Assembly (NCBI RefSeq): GCF_000143415.4
Contig: NW_003314281.1
Location: 1,341,882-1,405,881 of the forward strand
DNA: 64,000 bases
Direction of reading: 5' to 3'
Source of the DNA: Selaginella moellendorffii
Taxonomy: Eukaryota > Plantae > Lycopodiophyta
Position numbers and translations under genes: made by a program. Under the pieces are notes generated by a model. That model was not told the DNA's origin and ran no database searches. It worked only from the letters and a program-made list of their open reading frames with translations. Below, piece after piece: positions 25,780 to 39,248 of this stretch (its first letter is position 1; each line of letters opens with the position of its first letter).

Positions 25780-26927
25780 ATTACATTATTAACTAAACAT
25801 AACAAACATGTTAAACAGAAGAGAATATACTAGCATAATGTAAGAATAATCATTGTTACGGTTTATATATGACACCACTGGAGCGCTTGTGGGATGCGAA
25901 GGATCACGGCCTGTCTTGACAATTCAATATAAAAATAAATATACGTGTATAATTTTCTTTAGTAGCTACCAGAGTATTTAAAATTTACTAGTCGCCATGA
26001 CAAGTTTATGATTAAAAAAAACATTGCAATTGACAAGAACATCTTAAAATTACTAGTATTTGACCAGAAAAAAGGCCAAAAACCAGTATATTTACTGATC
26101 AAAGTCACTCTCTCCAGATTTCCCCCCACATCCAGATCCAAAATTCAAATTCCAGCTTCAAGCACCCTTGCTCTATTCTCAAAAGCCAAGGCTTTGCTTA
26201 TTGAGCTGCTTGCCATCTTTGAGCCTGCACTCCTTTTAGCTCTACACCAGCAGTAGATAGGATGGTTTGATTACTGCATCTTCTGGAGATGCGAGGAGAT
26301 GCTTTGATCAAACACTAGATTCTTCCCACGGTGGTTTGATCACAGCATTTCCTCGCATTTTGCAAAATCCCCGTTTGGCATGATGTTCCACGAGAAGGCG
26401 TTTTTGTGACGTATGCTGGCAGCTCTAAAGTTGCCAAGCTTGAGATGCCGGAATCTCATACCGCCTGGACAAGATGCCCGAGTCAAAAAACCTCCCTAAA
26501 TCTCCGTTTTGGGTCTACCCACATTTCTATGCTAATGAGATAGCACCACCTGGAGACAATCATGTCGACATCACGTCGGCCACGTGGACGATCTCGATCC
26601 GCAAGATATCATCGCTTTTTAATAAAGAGAAAGCCCCACAATCTTGGCGAGGACAAACTCGCGTGTCTGCGAATTCCACGACTGACGGCCAGCCAGCCGC
26701 CAAAGCTTATCCTTCTTTTTCTTCAAAGTAAAGCAGGAGATCACTGGAATATTCTGTCACATGAGAGATTCCAGGGGCATATTTCCTCTATACGCCCCAG
26801 ATTCCTTATCCTGTAAGCTGTGTGTACTCCCTCTTTAAATCTCCTCCCTTGGGCAGCACTTTTCCTTCTCTCTCGCGCTCCTCTTCTTCTTGTTCTTGAG
26901 CGATCCATTCATTCCATCAATCGATCG

Positions 26928-27902
26928 ATGGAGCTGGAGGCGCGGGTGGGGAAGCACGAGATCCGGCTCCCCGCGGAGGTGAATTGGGAGATGCTGGACA
27001 AGACCAAGTTCTTTGTTCTTGGCGCCGCCCTCTTCTCGGGCGTCAATGGCATGCTCTATCCATCCATGGTTCTCAAGACGCAGCAACAGGTGATCGGCCC
27101 GGCGGCGGCCTCCTCGTCGTCCTCCTCGATCGCGGCAGGGATTCTGAGAAGGCAGGGAATTCTCGGGCTCTACAAGGGTTTCGGCGCATCGCTCATGGGC
27201 ACCATCCCAGCTCGCGCGATCTACATGAGCACGCTCGAGATCACCAAGAGCGCGCTGGGGTCTCTGGCGGATCGATCGCCGGCGGCGGCGGCGGCCGCCA
27301 ACGCTGTGGCGGGCATGAGCGCGGCTATGGCGGCCCAGCTGGTGTGGACGCCAGTGGATGTGATCAGCCAGCGCCTCATGGTCCAGGGCGCCGGCCAGGG
27401 GGCGGCGATCGCGACGAACTACAAGGGCGCCATGGACGCGCTCGCCACCATCGCCAGGAACAGTGGCATCCGGGGGCTCTACCGGGGATTTGGGGTGTCG
27501 ATCATCACGTACGCGCCATCCAATGCCGTGTGGTGGGGATCCTACTCGATCGCGCAGCGATTCATGTGGAAGGGCGCGGCGGCGGTCACGGACCTGGGCG
27601 ATCGCCGCGAGGATGTGAGCGGTGGTGTGGTACTGGGCATGCAAGCCGCCAGCGCGGCGATGGCGGGCGGGGTCTCGGCGCTGGTGACGACGCCGCTGGA
27701 TACGATCAAGACGAGAATGCAAGTGCTCGAGAGTGGGAGGCCTCCGCGATTTGGTACCACTCTGCGAGATCTAGTGTCCGAGGGAGGATGGAGGGCGTGC
27801 TACAAGGGATTGGGGCCGAGATGGGCGAGCATGACGCTCTCGGCCACCGCCATGATCACCAGCTACGAGCTTCTCAAGAGATTGTCCGCCAAATCGCAGT
27901 GA
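26928..27902 (+). CDS. Mitochondrial carrier, SLC25A44-like (single coding exon)
   Basis: WEMLDKTKFF N-terminus; three carrier repeats YPSMVLKTQQQ, TPVDVISQRLM, TPLDTIKTRMQ. Confidence 0.92.
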   Translation: MELEARVGKHEIRLPAEVNWEMLDKTKFFVLGAALFSGVNGMLYPSMVLKTQQQVIGPAAASSSSSSIAAGILRRQGILGLYKGFGASLMGTIPARAIYMSTLEITKSALGSLADRSPAAAAAANAVAGMSAAMAAQLVWTPVDVISQRLMVQGAGQGAAIATNYKGAMDALATIARNSGIRGLYRGFGVSIITYAPSNAVWWGSYSIAQRFMWKGAAAVTDLGDRREDVSGGVVLGMQAASAAMAGGVSALVTTPLDTIKTRMQVLESGRPPRFGTTLRDLVSEGGWRACYKGLGPRWASMTLSATAMITSYELLKRLSAKSQ

Positions 27903-28128
27903 AGATCCGGGGCGATCATGAGCGAGGATAGCAGTGGAGTGGAGGATTCTCGGCGATTTTGGGCGATGTAAAGCCGTGCGCCAAGAACACGAGAAAGAGT
28001 AAGCTCGCGAGAGATAGAATAGAAGGAGAGAGCTTCCTCTTGTCTATACTTTAGACACGTAAATATTTACCACCACTGTTTATAAATCCATCGATCAAAC
28101 AAATCCAGTCCAAGGTTTTAAGCTTTGG

Positions 28129-29437
28129 TCATAAGAGTTTCAAGCTTCTCAATCTCTCCTCGTCCTCGGCGCTTAACTGCGGAGGAACGTACTCCCCGTG
28201 CAAATCCGCTACAATGTACTCCTGGAAAATCAATCAACCCATCGATCATCCTTCTATAAGATCACGAGAGATCAAACTCTACCTTGGTAAGCTCTCGCTT
28301 TGTCAGGATATGGTAATGCCGCTGCCAGATTCTTTGGATTGCCATGGTAGCAGCGAGGAGGCCGTAAGCCACCCCCAGGATCACGAACAGGATCACGAAG
28401 ATCACCAAAAACGCACCGCAAGCTTCCATGGAAGCTGGGAAGCAATCCATGATGTAGCATCCTGAGCAGTAGCGACAGTCCGCTAGAAACGAATCGTGGT
28501 GGCTTGCCGACGAGCAGTGGACGATGAGTCCACCGACTCCCACGATCACAAAGAAGACCACGACGCCTGTGGATAACAGCAAAGAGCATCGATGAAAAAT
28601 CAAAGATGATGAAGCTCATGGTGAATCGAAACTACCGAGTACCTAGGCAGTAGTAAAACGCTACCGGGTGCTGTGACAAGATCTTGTCCCAGCCAACGTT
28701 GAAAGATTTGCGAAACTGGCCGTCGGAGTCCATGAGATACGCAAGAGCTCCGAGGAAAGCAACCGTCTGGTATGAATCAAGAGAAAAAGTTTTAGCACGA
28801 AATGTGTGAGAGATCTTCTTCTTTCACTCACAGATTGAACGGCTAGGAAAACGAGAAAAACGTCCCGCGCGACGAACAGCTTGAACTTTAGCTTTCTCCA
28901 CGAGTAGTCCTCTGGGATCTCGGGAACTAGATGGAACTGAGCTTTACAAGTCGTGCAATGCGAGAAAGCAAAGCCTTCCTGCGAAAAACAAAGAAAACCA
29001 CTGTTTCATTCGGTGTTTTAGAAGAAAAAAATGTGCTAGGAAGAGTTCTTACCTTGACCGAGCGCCAGTGATCGAGGCATGATCGATGGACGAACTGTTG
29101 AGTCCCCTTGCACATACAAGGAGAGATCAATTCATCGCCTGGAACGCATCAAGGGTAAAAAACCAAAGAAGAATTTTCTTACTTAGCACGGAAGAAAGAT
29201 CGATTCTAGCAAAGACTTACCGGGCTCTCCAGAGTCGCACTCGAGGCAAATTCTACAGCTTGGCGCGCAGCCAAGCCCTTGCTCCTCGTCGTCGCTCAGG
29301 GATTTCGGTGCCGCCATCGCCTCCAGCACCGGCGGAGCTCGCAGTGGCTCTAGGATCTCATCGCTCCTGCTGCTGCTCACCGATTCCACGATCAGAGGCT
29401 CCAATTCCCTCTCCTTCCCCTCTTCCGTGCTCGCCAT
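28129..29437 (-). CDS. RING-CH (RINGv/MARCH-like) membrane E3 ubiquitin ligase
   Basis: CRICLECD, ISPCMCKGTQQFVHRSCLDHWR, TM segments, QRIWQRHYHILTKRELTK. Confidence 0.92.
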
Positions 29438-30011
29438 TCTCTCTCACTTTCACTGCCCGACCTAAGTAAAATAGCATATTCGGCAAGGTGCGAAAGTAGT
29501 CCTTTAAATTTGCCCTAAATTCCACATCTGTGTTCTAGGGCTCTTCGCGATGGTGAGTGCGCGCGTTTCGATTGATCATAGCATTGATCTCTTTTGATTT
29601 CCAGGTGTGTATCGCGTGCTTGCTGCCGATCTTCCTTCTCCCTCTAGTCAACATTCTCCCTCGTCTCTTCGATTTCTTCATGGTATGCTCGATTTCTCGC
29701 GAGGAATTCTCGACGACTTCGTCTCCCATTCTGTGCTTCCAGGCCAAATTCTATCGCGTTTTTAGGCAGGATTATAAGCCGCCAGCTCGAGCGCCGGCGC
29801 AGTGCCCCATTCCATCGATGAGAAAGGTTTGATTCATTCGCCGGGAAGAAAAATTCGTGATCTCTCTGGATTTCCAGGAAGGAAGCAAAGAGGGAGAATC
29901 TCCGCCCGTGGACGATACAAAGAAAGAATAATATAAACAGTGTAAAAGCCCTGTTTTAACATGATGGCCCTTCTTTTTCATCGTCTCGTCTATTAGGGCA
30001 TAGCTGAAGCT

Positions 30012-31602
30012 ATGGGTATGGAGCTCGAGCAATGCGAGGAGCAAGGAGGAGCGCGCGTCGAGGATCTTCATCCCGAATCGAGGCCCAGCATTCTCTGCGT
30101 TGGCGCGGCGGGCGTGGGCAAGACGACGATCGCGAATCGTGAGTAATCGCATGAGATTTCTAGTTCTTGTGTCCGATCTAAGCTCGGCGGCAATTCAGGG
30201 TTGAGGCGCGATCGCGAGGTAATTGACGCATCGTCAGGAGCGATCACATGCTATGGGTACGCTGTTAGATCGCACTAGCGCCGAGATTTACATGATTTTT
30301 CTTCGCGTAAAAGCTGGAAAATCGACACCAAGTACTACACTGCAAATGTAGGAATCTGGACGGCTCGGCTGGAGCAAGAACAAACTGACGAGGTTGTGAA
30401 GAGACTGGAATCTCTGAGTGGACAGTGCGAAGCGCTCGTCATGGTTTTTGATCTTAGCAACGTAAGCGCATTTCTTTTCTTCTCCGTCTTATCGAACTTG
30501 TATTGTGTTTATAGGATTCTTCGTTTGATCGACTAAAGAACTGGGCGTCCAGAGCAGACTTGACCGGGTTTGAGATACTCCTTTGCGTTGGAAACAAAGC
30601 CGACCGTTTGCCGCAACACTATGGCCACGTCGAGTACCGCCGGAGGCTACAAAGGCTTGGAGAGTCGTCCAGTGATCCTCATCCCGAGTTTCTGGATTTC
30701 GGGATACAAAGGAACGAAGGGAGCTCGTTGCTTGACGACGAAGAGGTCGAGCTCGCAGGACCAGCTCCCCCAGTTGACGAGAAGAAGCATAGCAGGATCG
30801 AGTGGTGCATCGAGAATGGCATCGAGTACATTGAGGCGTGTGCACTGGACGTTGCCTTTGACGACTGTAAGTACTGCTTCCTTCTATCGCTTTTCTAGCT
30901 TTACGCTTTTCCTTCTCAGGTTTGTCATTGGATGGAGATTTGCAAGGTGTGTCCCGCATTCGAGGAGCACTGTCGGCTCACATGTGGCCGGGGATGGTGA
31001 TGAAGCCAACTCCCAGCAAAGCGATCAGTGAAGCTCAAGCTTGCACACAAGGAGGTGAGAAAGAAATCTCCAAAATACCGTCACGAGCACGATCTTGTAT
31101 TGGCGTAGATCCTTCGAGCGACGAGGAGTCCGACTTTACCATCGAGTACGAGCTTCTCTCGAGTGTATCAGACGACGAAGCCTTTGCCGCTGAGAGCGAA
31201 AGCCACCACCTCGAGGATCAAGCGACCGATAGCAGTGTCCTTGAAGCAGCTTCAGTGACAGGACAAGAAGCTACTGCCGATGCGAGCGAAGAACTTGCTG
31301 GAGGAGCCAGCGGTGCTTCAGAAACAACACTAGCTGGAGACGATGGTGGTGGAGTAGCTCACGGCGATGGAGAAGAAGAAGTCGGGCATAGCAATGGACA
31401 CGAAGCTTCGCAAGTTCGAAGCTCCGGCAATGGCAGCGAAGCGTATAGAATGGACGAGTTTGAGCAGCTGATGCAGGAGATGGCGGGTATGCGAGAGAAT
31501 CTCAGTATGATGCCGGACGCACAGCGGCGAGAGATCGCCTCCCAGATCGCGATGAGAATGGCGTCCATGTTTATGGACGACGACGACGACGACGACGAAT
31601 GA
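30012..31602 (+). CDS. Alpha/gamma-adaptin-binding protein p34 (AAGAB)-like
   Basis: LCVGAAGVGKTT, WKIDTKYYTA, LLCVGNKAD, WCIENGIEYIEAC, GVSRIRGALSAHMWPGM, DAQRREIA, acidic tail. Confidence 0.88.
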
Positions 31603-31659
31603 TCGATCATAATAGAAGAAGAAACTTTACTCGAAACTTTAAGACTTCGAAATCAAAGC

Positions 31660-32420
31660 TAAAGTCCTTGCTTGGCACCACAAGATCTTCCACCCCTTCG
31701 GCGTTCCTCGGCAGCTTTTCCACGATCCTGTGGATTTGCTCCTACTCAAACATGTTCTTCTCGTCTCGCACAAACTCGGCGAATGGAAACGTCCAGGGCG
31801 CCATGCTCCCCGGATTGATGCTCTTCATCGCCCTCAATCCAAGTTCATAGACGAGTTCGAGTGCTGCCACCATACCACTGCATGGCGCTCAAAGCCTCCG
31901 TCAGCGTCCACTCCGTAACTCTGGAGAGATGGATCGCCCACAAGATCATGCCCAGCATCCTCACGATCCTGTTCTCCATAACGATCTCCTAGTGCCGGAA
32001 GTTCTTGTCGGCCCCGCCGCGAACCACCTGCATGAAGTTCCGATCCTCCCCGGCCAGAGGTCGTCCACCATGATGGTGCGCTCCAGATCCAAACCTTCGA
32101 GCAGGCATGCGAGTCCCTTCCTCTTGACGGACACGGGATCACTGACTTGTATCGAGTGTGTAGATCTCCCTGGTTCTCAAGCTTGGCTTTGATCATCTTG
32201 GCCCTCTAGTAAGCATTGGTGTTATTTCTATGTCTTGATGGGCGATGAATCCAGCTTCAGATTCACGGAGCCGAGAACATTAAAGAAAGCTATGACGAAG
32301 GCGATGAAAGTAGCGGTGTAGAAATCCAACTCTCAGTCCATGCTGATAGAGCTGACGAACTTCAAAGCTTTCTCACCAATGCATGCAGAGGAGGCATCAC
32401 AATTCAACGAGCTACAACAA
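31660..32420 (-). pseudogene. Fragmented pseudogene, partly NIF/FCP1-phosphatase-like
   Basis: GLDLERTIMVDD resembles the NIF-domain DLxxTIIVDD motif; frames are broken. Confidence 0.3.
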
Positions 32421-32646
32421 TGAAATCCATCTGACTTAAGGTTTAGAGCTAATTAAGAGCAAATAGGACTGATCATGGATCATATAAAATCAGACTCTCG
32501 TGATAGGTTTTCATTAAAGGGTTCATGATGGAGATTGATAGGATCCTCATCTTTGTGGACCTGGCCACACTATCGAATTCATCAGCTCGCCATCTTTTCG
32601 CCAACTATGGTGCCGCAACGCTGGTGTCAAAGAGGCCCCCCTGATC

Positions 32647-33631
32647 ATGACAAGCTCCATCCACAGCGAGGGATGCTACATCTTCGGAACTCCTTTGTCG
32701 TCGGGCCACAGGCGGGAGCTTCGACTACGCCATGGTGACGTTGTGGCTTCCGCCGGCGGCCTTGTATGCATCCGAGGTATAGATTCTGATGTTCTCCACT
32801 TGGTGGTCGGCAATCCACTCACCCAAGAGTGGACGGAAGTACCTGCGCTGCAGTGGAAGGGCAAAGAAGAGACAGGTATTATTGACTTCGCGATGCTGGC
32901 TGATGGCGATGTTCAAGGTGGGCATCCAGCACTCGGAAGCCACTACAGGCCACTCGTGCTACGTCTACAACTCGGCCACCGGCGCATGGTCAGCACTGGG
33001 CATGCTGTGCTTGACACAAGCGCACGTACAAGCGAGGGCTCAGTGGCTCAAGACCAGAGCGCTAACATTCCCAGACATGGACGCCTTATACTACGACCTC
33101 ACCACCTTGGGCATGTATGACATTCGTCACTGCGAGTGGAGCATCGGGAGTGTGGTGCGCAGCCTCAGGTTCACAACAGGCCTCGAAGGTGTCAAGCATA
33201 CGTGCTGCGTTTTGCCGCGGTCAGGCGTGTGCACATCGAGGCTATGGGAGTGGGATGGGCAGCGATACTTTGCAAGCGGGTGGGTGTATGCAGGAAGTGT
33301 CAAAGACGTGTGTTGTGGAGTGGATGGATTTGGTATCTGGAGAGTTGACGAGGATGGCAGCTTGGTTACTGTCTCTGCAGTGACTGTGGCCATTTGTAGT
33401 CAATATCCTCGGCTCAAGGTACAATTGTTAGAAGTGGTAACGAGTGCAGATGCCAACCTTGTATGCTTCTCGGAGAGATGTCCAGCAATGTCGTCAGTTG
33501 TTGTTGTATATGACTTGCACACAAGTAGTTGGAGTCGGTTGGCTGCGCTGGATCATTATAGTGAAGCAGTGGTGTATCAACCATCTCTGAGGCCTGTGAG
33601 GAACCCGTGGCAAAATCAAGTATCTGGGTAA
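32647..33631 (+). pseudogene. F-box-associated beta-propeller (kelch-like) pseudogene
   Basis: VVASAGGLVC, LVVGNPLTQEWTEVP, VYNSATGAWS, VVYDLHTSSWS; frameshift at ~32905; no intact F-box seen. Confidence 0.65.
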
Positions 33632-35942
33632 TTCTACAATCCTCTGCACTTCACATCACTTTTTAGTTTATTATTACATGTTTTAAAGCCCAACTAGAAC
33701 CATTCATTTCAATTTTAACATTGTAAAAAGCACAAGGTCAGGATATGTCTTTTCCACGATTTGAAGCTTTCTTTGAGGCCTCCAACGTTTTAGGTACTCA
33801 TGCATTCTCCAGGCTAGCTAGCGATCTTACAACTTCCATACATGCAGAATTTACATGCACAAAGGTTAACGTGTTTCATTCAATGGTAACATTATATGAG
33901 GTTGTGACTTTGAAAGTTTGGAGAAAAGATGCAGAAAAAAAAGCCAAGCACTTGATGTACTGTGTTGATTTTGCTTCTTTTATTATTCTATACTACTTGT
34001 GATGGCTTGATTGTTTTGAATTTTGATTTGATCAACAAGCAAAACTACCAAAGTGATTTCATTTGAAATTGAAAATATCACCACATCTAGATTTCTCAAA
34101 TTGGCGAGTATGACTCTTGGAGCAAGATTTCAACAACTCATAAAACACTTTCATTTTTGCATTTATGCTGCACTGCTAGACCATAAACAACATATAGATA
34201 GATAAATAGAACATTATTATTTTTTCCTTTCACTTCTCTTTTTCAGTTTAAAGATAATGCTTATAAAACCTCTATTGCCTCTGGCTGCTCCTCCTGAGAA
34301 TCCTTCTCAAACACAAAATCTTCATTGTCCACATTCTGGAGAATTTAACTCATTTCATTGTTACTCATTTGAATTTCTGCCAAGTCCTCCTTGTTCTAGC
34401 TGCTCCAAAACTTCCTCAAATATGAGATCTAGCATCTCCTCATCATCCATAGCCTTCAGATTTGACAACAGAATTTCAATTATCTCTTTGTCATTCACTG
34501 GTATTTCTGCCATTTTAAAGATCATAATAGGGGTGTGTTCCTTTTTGTGTGCGACTTCATTCTCCTCAAGCAATGCTATGATATTAAACCATTGATATAG
34601 AGATCTTCCACATCCTACACGTGAATCACTGCCCCAGCTCTATTGGTCTATTGACCATTCTGTTTCGCTTCACTACAAAATGAAGTGAAACCCTTTACTC
34701 ATGTAATCTTCAAGTGGAGCATGTTTGAGCTTCTTGTCCTAATATGCTATGTCTTCCTGAGTGGTTTAATCTTGGTTGCTTCATATACATGAGTTTTGTT
34801 TTTCCACTATAGGTGAATTTTTTCTTGCATTAACTACAATAGTACCTTGGTTAGCTGATGTTGTCATTATTGAAGTAATTGAAATTGCCACATTCACTAT
34901 GATTGCACTTTGTATAAATCAGGTGTTGCTCTTTTAGGTATGTTGTCAACTTCCACACTTCCAAACTGGAGGCCACTCTGTCAGGAGGAAGAGCCAAACA
35001 ATGGGTACTTCTAATGAAGATAGAGCTCTTTGTACACCTTTGGCATGTGTTTAAAGCTAACTTTGGGTAAAGGGAGTTTTATTAAACATCAGTTAATTTC
35101 TACCTTTATATCTATTATATTCCTAGAATTTTAATGTTGCTGAGTGAAGTCATTGGGTAATTTTGGAGAAGATGGAACTCCTCGTACACCTTGCTGTTTT
35201 TCTTTGGCTCAATGCTTTGAGTGAAAACACTAGTTTTAGAAACATAAAGGTCCTTTAGCTTTCTAAAATGCTGTTGTTGGAGTCCACAAACATTAAAAGA
35301 TCAAAATTTGATCTTAACTTCTTTGGAATATGCAAACACATCCAAATATTTTTTGAAGAAAGCTCTGTAATACCACTTCATAATCTGTTTTATGTATTTT
35401 ATATCAATGGAACGTTAAGAATTTGGAATGTTTCTGAGGTGAGAAAGTAGTTACTCTCTTCCAGTTCAATAAGTACTCGAGAAGATAGAGGTTCTTGTTG
35501 AGTTGTGCTATTTGTAACTAATACACTGGCTTTTCTTTTGTTTTTGCTAGAAGACAAGAGCTAGAAGGCCAGAGTTTCCCAACGTATGCTACAGTCACTA
35601 CTCGTTCTACTTGGGAAGAGTATCACCCAAAGTCAAACAAGATATCCATTATAACTCTCACTGAAACCCAAGGATGGATATGTATATATATATATATGAT
35701 GAAAAGGTAAAATCCTTTTCACAAGATCTTTAGACTTCACAATAGTTACTCTTGAGAGCTGAACTCAGTAATCGATTGGTGACAGAAGAGATTAATCATG
35801 GACAACTTGCCAGAGACGATGATCGTGTTGTAGTACGATAGCACGGGCTCTATGTTTATACAACATAATAGAGACACCGTTTCCTGATTGATCTTGGTTA
35901 GAAGGCCAACGAGAAAGAAATGATAGAACTTTAGCTTACCTT

Positions 35943-38900
35943 TTAAAAATAGCTGGAGACCTCCTGGATCATTGACAACTGCGCCAGAACTTTGCCAGCT
36001 TTCTTCTTCACAGTGACCGATCCGTGCTGTGCCAGTTCCACCAGAGGGAGCTTTGCTCGCCCGCAATAAGTTTCTCTCATATTCTTTAGTTTGAAGAGGC
36101 ACGCCAGGAGATCGACCGTGCGCTCCTTGGCCGTGGCTGTCCCGTGAGCGAGCAAGCCCAGTGATTTGAGGATTGCGTTTGCTTCGTGAAGAAACCAGGC
36201 CCCGCCTTCTCTAGTTTCTTCGCTGGAGACGAAAGTGAAGAAAGCCTCTACTGCTGCTTCGGCGGCAACGCTGCTTGGCTCGTCCAGTAGAGCAACCAGA
36301 CCCGGAACCGCCTTGGCTTCCACGATGCAAAACGTGGTCTTGACGCTGCATACTCCTGTGTGGACCCTGCAAATCGTTGGCACTGTCGGCCGGAAACAAA
36401 GCCATCCTGTGCTCGTTGGCGGATGGCACAAGTCTAGCGTGGTCACGGAGAAGTTCCTCAGGGCTCGGGCTGCTCTTGCCTTCCCTGTTGTGGTTCCCGA
36501 GTTGAGGATCGTCACCAGGATTGAATGGATCCCCGAGTCCACCAAAGTCCTTTGGAGCTCTACGTTAGTTGGCTCCGTAAACCTCTCGAGCGCAGCGAGA
36601 GCACTCTCAGTGACTTTGGAGCTGTTGCCTTTCACCTGGGCCAGCACCGTGGTCACAGCTCCAGCCTCCATCAGTGTCTCCATGGTTTGCTTGTTGCTCG
36701 GGAAGCTCGCCAGTACCATTAAAAGATCTGATCGGATGTCTGCGGAAGAACAGTTGCCGATCAAGTTAACGAAGTGTTCCAGCTTCTTCTCGGTGTACAG
36801 GCAGTCGAAAATGTCCCCTCCAGCTCCTTCCGACATGGAGCGAAGCAGGAACACAGCCGAGTCACGGACTTCTCTCTCGGCTCCATCGAGCAGCCCAACC
36901 AGAAAAGCTACTCCTTGCTGTTCCTTTATCACTTCCTGTACCAGTTCCCCGTCTTTTGATTGTGCCAGTCCATGAAGTACCAGGAGAATAGGTGCCCGAA
37001 GAATCAAGCCCTGCGAGGAGCTTTCCATGAGACCGATGAGCGTTTCGACGGCCTGTTTTACGTTCACTGCGTGCCCATCCTGGTCAGTGAGAGATGCGTC
37101 CGTATTTCCTTGCGCTATATTCTTGAGAGTTATTGCTGCAGCTTCTTTGCAAGTCTGAGGGAGCCTGGGAGACGTCAGATTGTCCATGAGAACGGGAAAT
37201 GCACCTGCTTGTGCCATGCTTCGTTGGTTCTGAGAGTTTGACGACAGATTCCTCAACGCCTCCAACGCAGCAGCTTTTGCTTCGAGTTTAGCGCTTATCA
37301 TCATCTGGAAGAGAGGACCGATGACTCCTTTCTCTCCAAGCATGAGCTTGTTTTGATCCGACAGAGACTGGAGGTTCCCAAGGGCTCGAGCCATAGCCCA
37401 CTTCGATTCCTCACTACCTGTACAAGACACTGGCAAGGTTAGGAAACCAAAACGAGGAAAAGAAATGACGTGCCTTCATGTAAGGACGATATCAGTGGAT
37501 CCAAGTAGCTCATGGATGCCAGTTGCACAATGTTCTCATCGCTGCTGCAAAGCTTCTCAAGGACACGTTTCGCTGTCGGCTCGTTCTCATTGTGGCGCAT
37601 CACGAGAGATAAGAGGGCCCTCTTTTCTTGGCAGAGCTTCTCGCAAGCAGATCTTTCATCCCCTTGCAGAAGCTCCAGCAATACCGACAGCGCCAGCTTG
37701 CTTAGCGTACTCTTCCCGACGCATCGAACAACTTGTTCTAGTCCGCCAACCTGGACAACTTCATCCTGGAGTAGAAAAAGCGCAAGCATAACTTATACAT
37801 GAAGTAGAAAGAAAGAAGAGACGAAGATACGTACTCTGTTTCTAAAATTGTTGTGCACGAGAATCCGCAGAGCTGTGAGAGCTCTCCTATTGACCTCCTT
37901 GTCACGCAGCTTCATCACCTCAATGATCTCCGGAATAACATTCTCTGCGGCGATCCACTCCGTGTTCGTGTTGCTCTCCTCGCACAGCTTGCACAAATCA
38001 TCCAGAGCATCCTGCGCCAGTGCAACGTCCCTCTTTTGCAGAAAATGCTTCGCTCGACGAATCCGTATGCAGTAGTTCTGATCCGTCCACTCCTGGATAG
38101 CCTTCCTCAGCGAAGTGTTGGGCCTCAGCGTGAAATCCGTAAGTTCCATATGAGTGAAAGGGTCCGACGTGTGGCCGCTCGCAAACCACCTTTCGATCTC
38201 ACTTCGCTCGTAAGTCCGGTTGCTCGAAGCAGTCACTGGATCGATCATAACCTCACGCGCGAGCGGACAGATGAAGGAGCTCAGTGGATCAACCGGCTCA
38301 GTGATTCCAATGTGCTCGGACGCCTCCTTGTACCGCTGTCTTAGAACATCTGACGTGTAGGCAGCGTCGGCCTTGGACAGAAGATCGATCACTTGCTCCA
38401 TGAAAGCCTGCTCCTGCATTTGCTTTCGCTCAGCCAGCAGCTCCTTCTCTCTTTTAAAGCTCGAGAGCTCCTTGTTGATCTCGGATGGCTCCACTGGAAC
38501 CCCCACGGCCATGGCGATGGCGACGATAAGATCGTTGGCGAAGCCCTGGTCCGTCCTGTGATCCCGGATCCCCTCCTCGAGCTTGCTGAGTATCTGTAGC
38601 TTTGTCTCGGACGCCTGGAACTCAGCGCTCAAGAACTGGTTCTTGACTCTCAAGAGGTTGTCCCGGATATCAAGCGAGAGCTCCGTCCCGGCCAGGGACA
38701 AGAGCTCCAGATCCTTGCCGATATCGCGAGTCACCACCTGTGCGTCCTTGACGATGGAGCGGCAATGAAGCAGCAAGTAGAACTTGGACTTGTCCGTGCA
38801 ATCGCTTATCAGCGTGTGCGCTCGATCCAGGTCGGTCTTGAGCGACTGGAGCGCCTGGTTGGCTGCCGTGAGATCCTTGAAGCAGCGCTCCTTGAGCTCC

Positions 38901-39055
38901 GCGAGCACGGGCTCGATGTCGTGGAGGTAGCGCGAAAGCTTCTGGAAGCTCTCCTTCTCCACCAGGACATCCTTGGCGGCGATGGCAATCTCCAGCACCT
39001 GTGTGGTGATGAGCGTCAAGAGCGTGCTGATGGGGATGACCTCGATTCCAATCAT
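35943..39055 (-). CDS. U-box/ARM-repeat E3 ligase, PUB43/44 (SAUL1)-like (3 exons)
   Basis: U-box SFICPLAREVMIDPV..TYERSEIERWF; ARM repeats; CRVHTGVCSVKTTFCIVEA motif. Confidence 0.92.
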
Positions 39056-39248
39056 CGTGGCGCTGCTCCTCGCATTGACTAGAAATCCAAGCCCCAATTA
39101 CCCCGATCCCCGTTGCGATGCGTGACGCTTCCAAGATCGAAATCTCTTCCTCTCCCGAGCCGCAGCTAGCAGATGATCGCGCGAGATAGCGATAAAACCC
39201 TAGCCCACGCAAAAATGCCGCGGTTTTTTTCCTAGGGTTCTTGGCGCG

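Noticed and set aside
26835-27931. Long alternative-frame and antisense ORFs over the carrier gene (similar ones at 36235, 40316, 48557)
   Set aside because: Shadow ORFs expected from GC-rich codon usage
33700-35500. AT-rich region with a short acidic ORF (34361-34573)
   Set aside because: Probably a decayed TE, but no diagnostic motif or termini found
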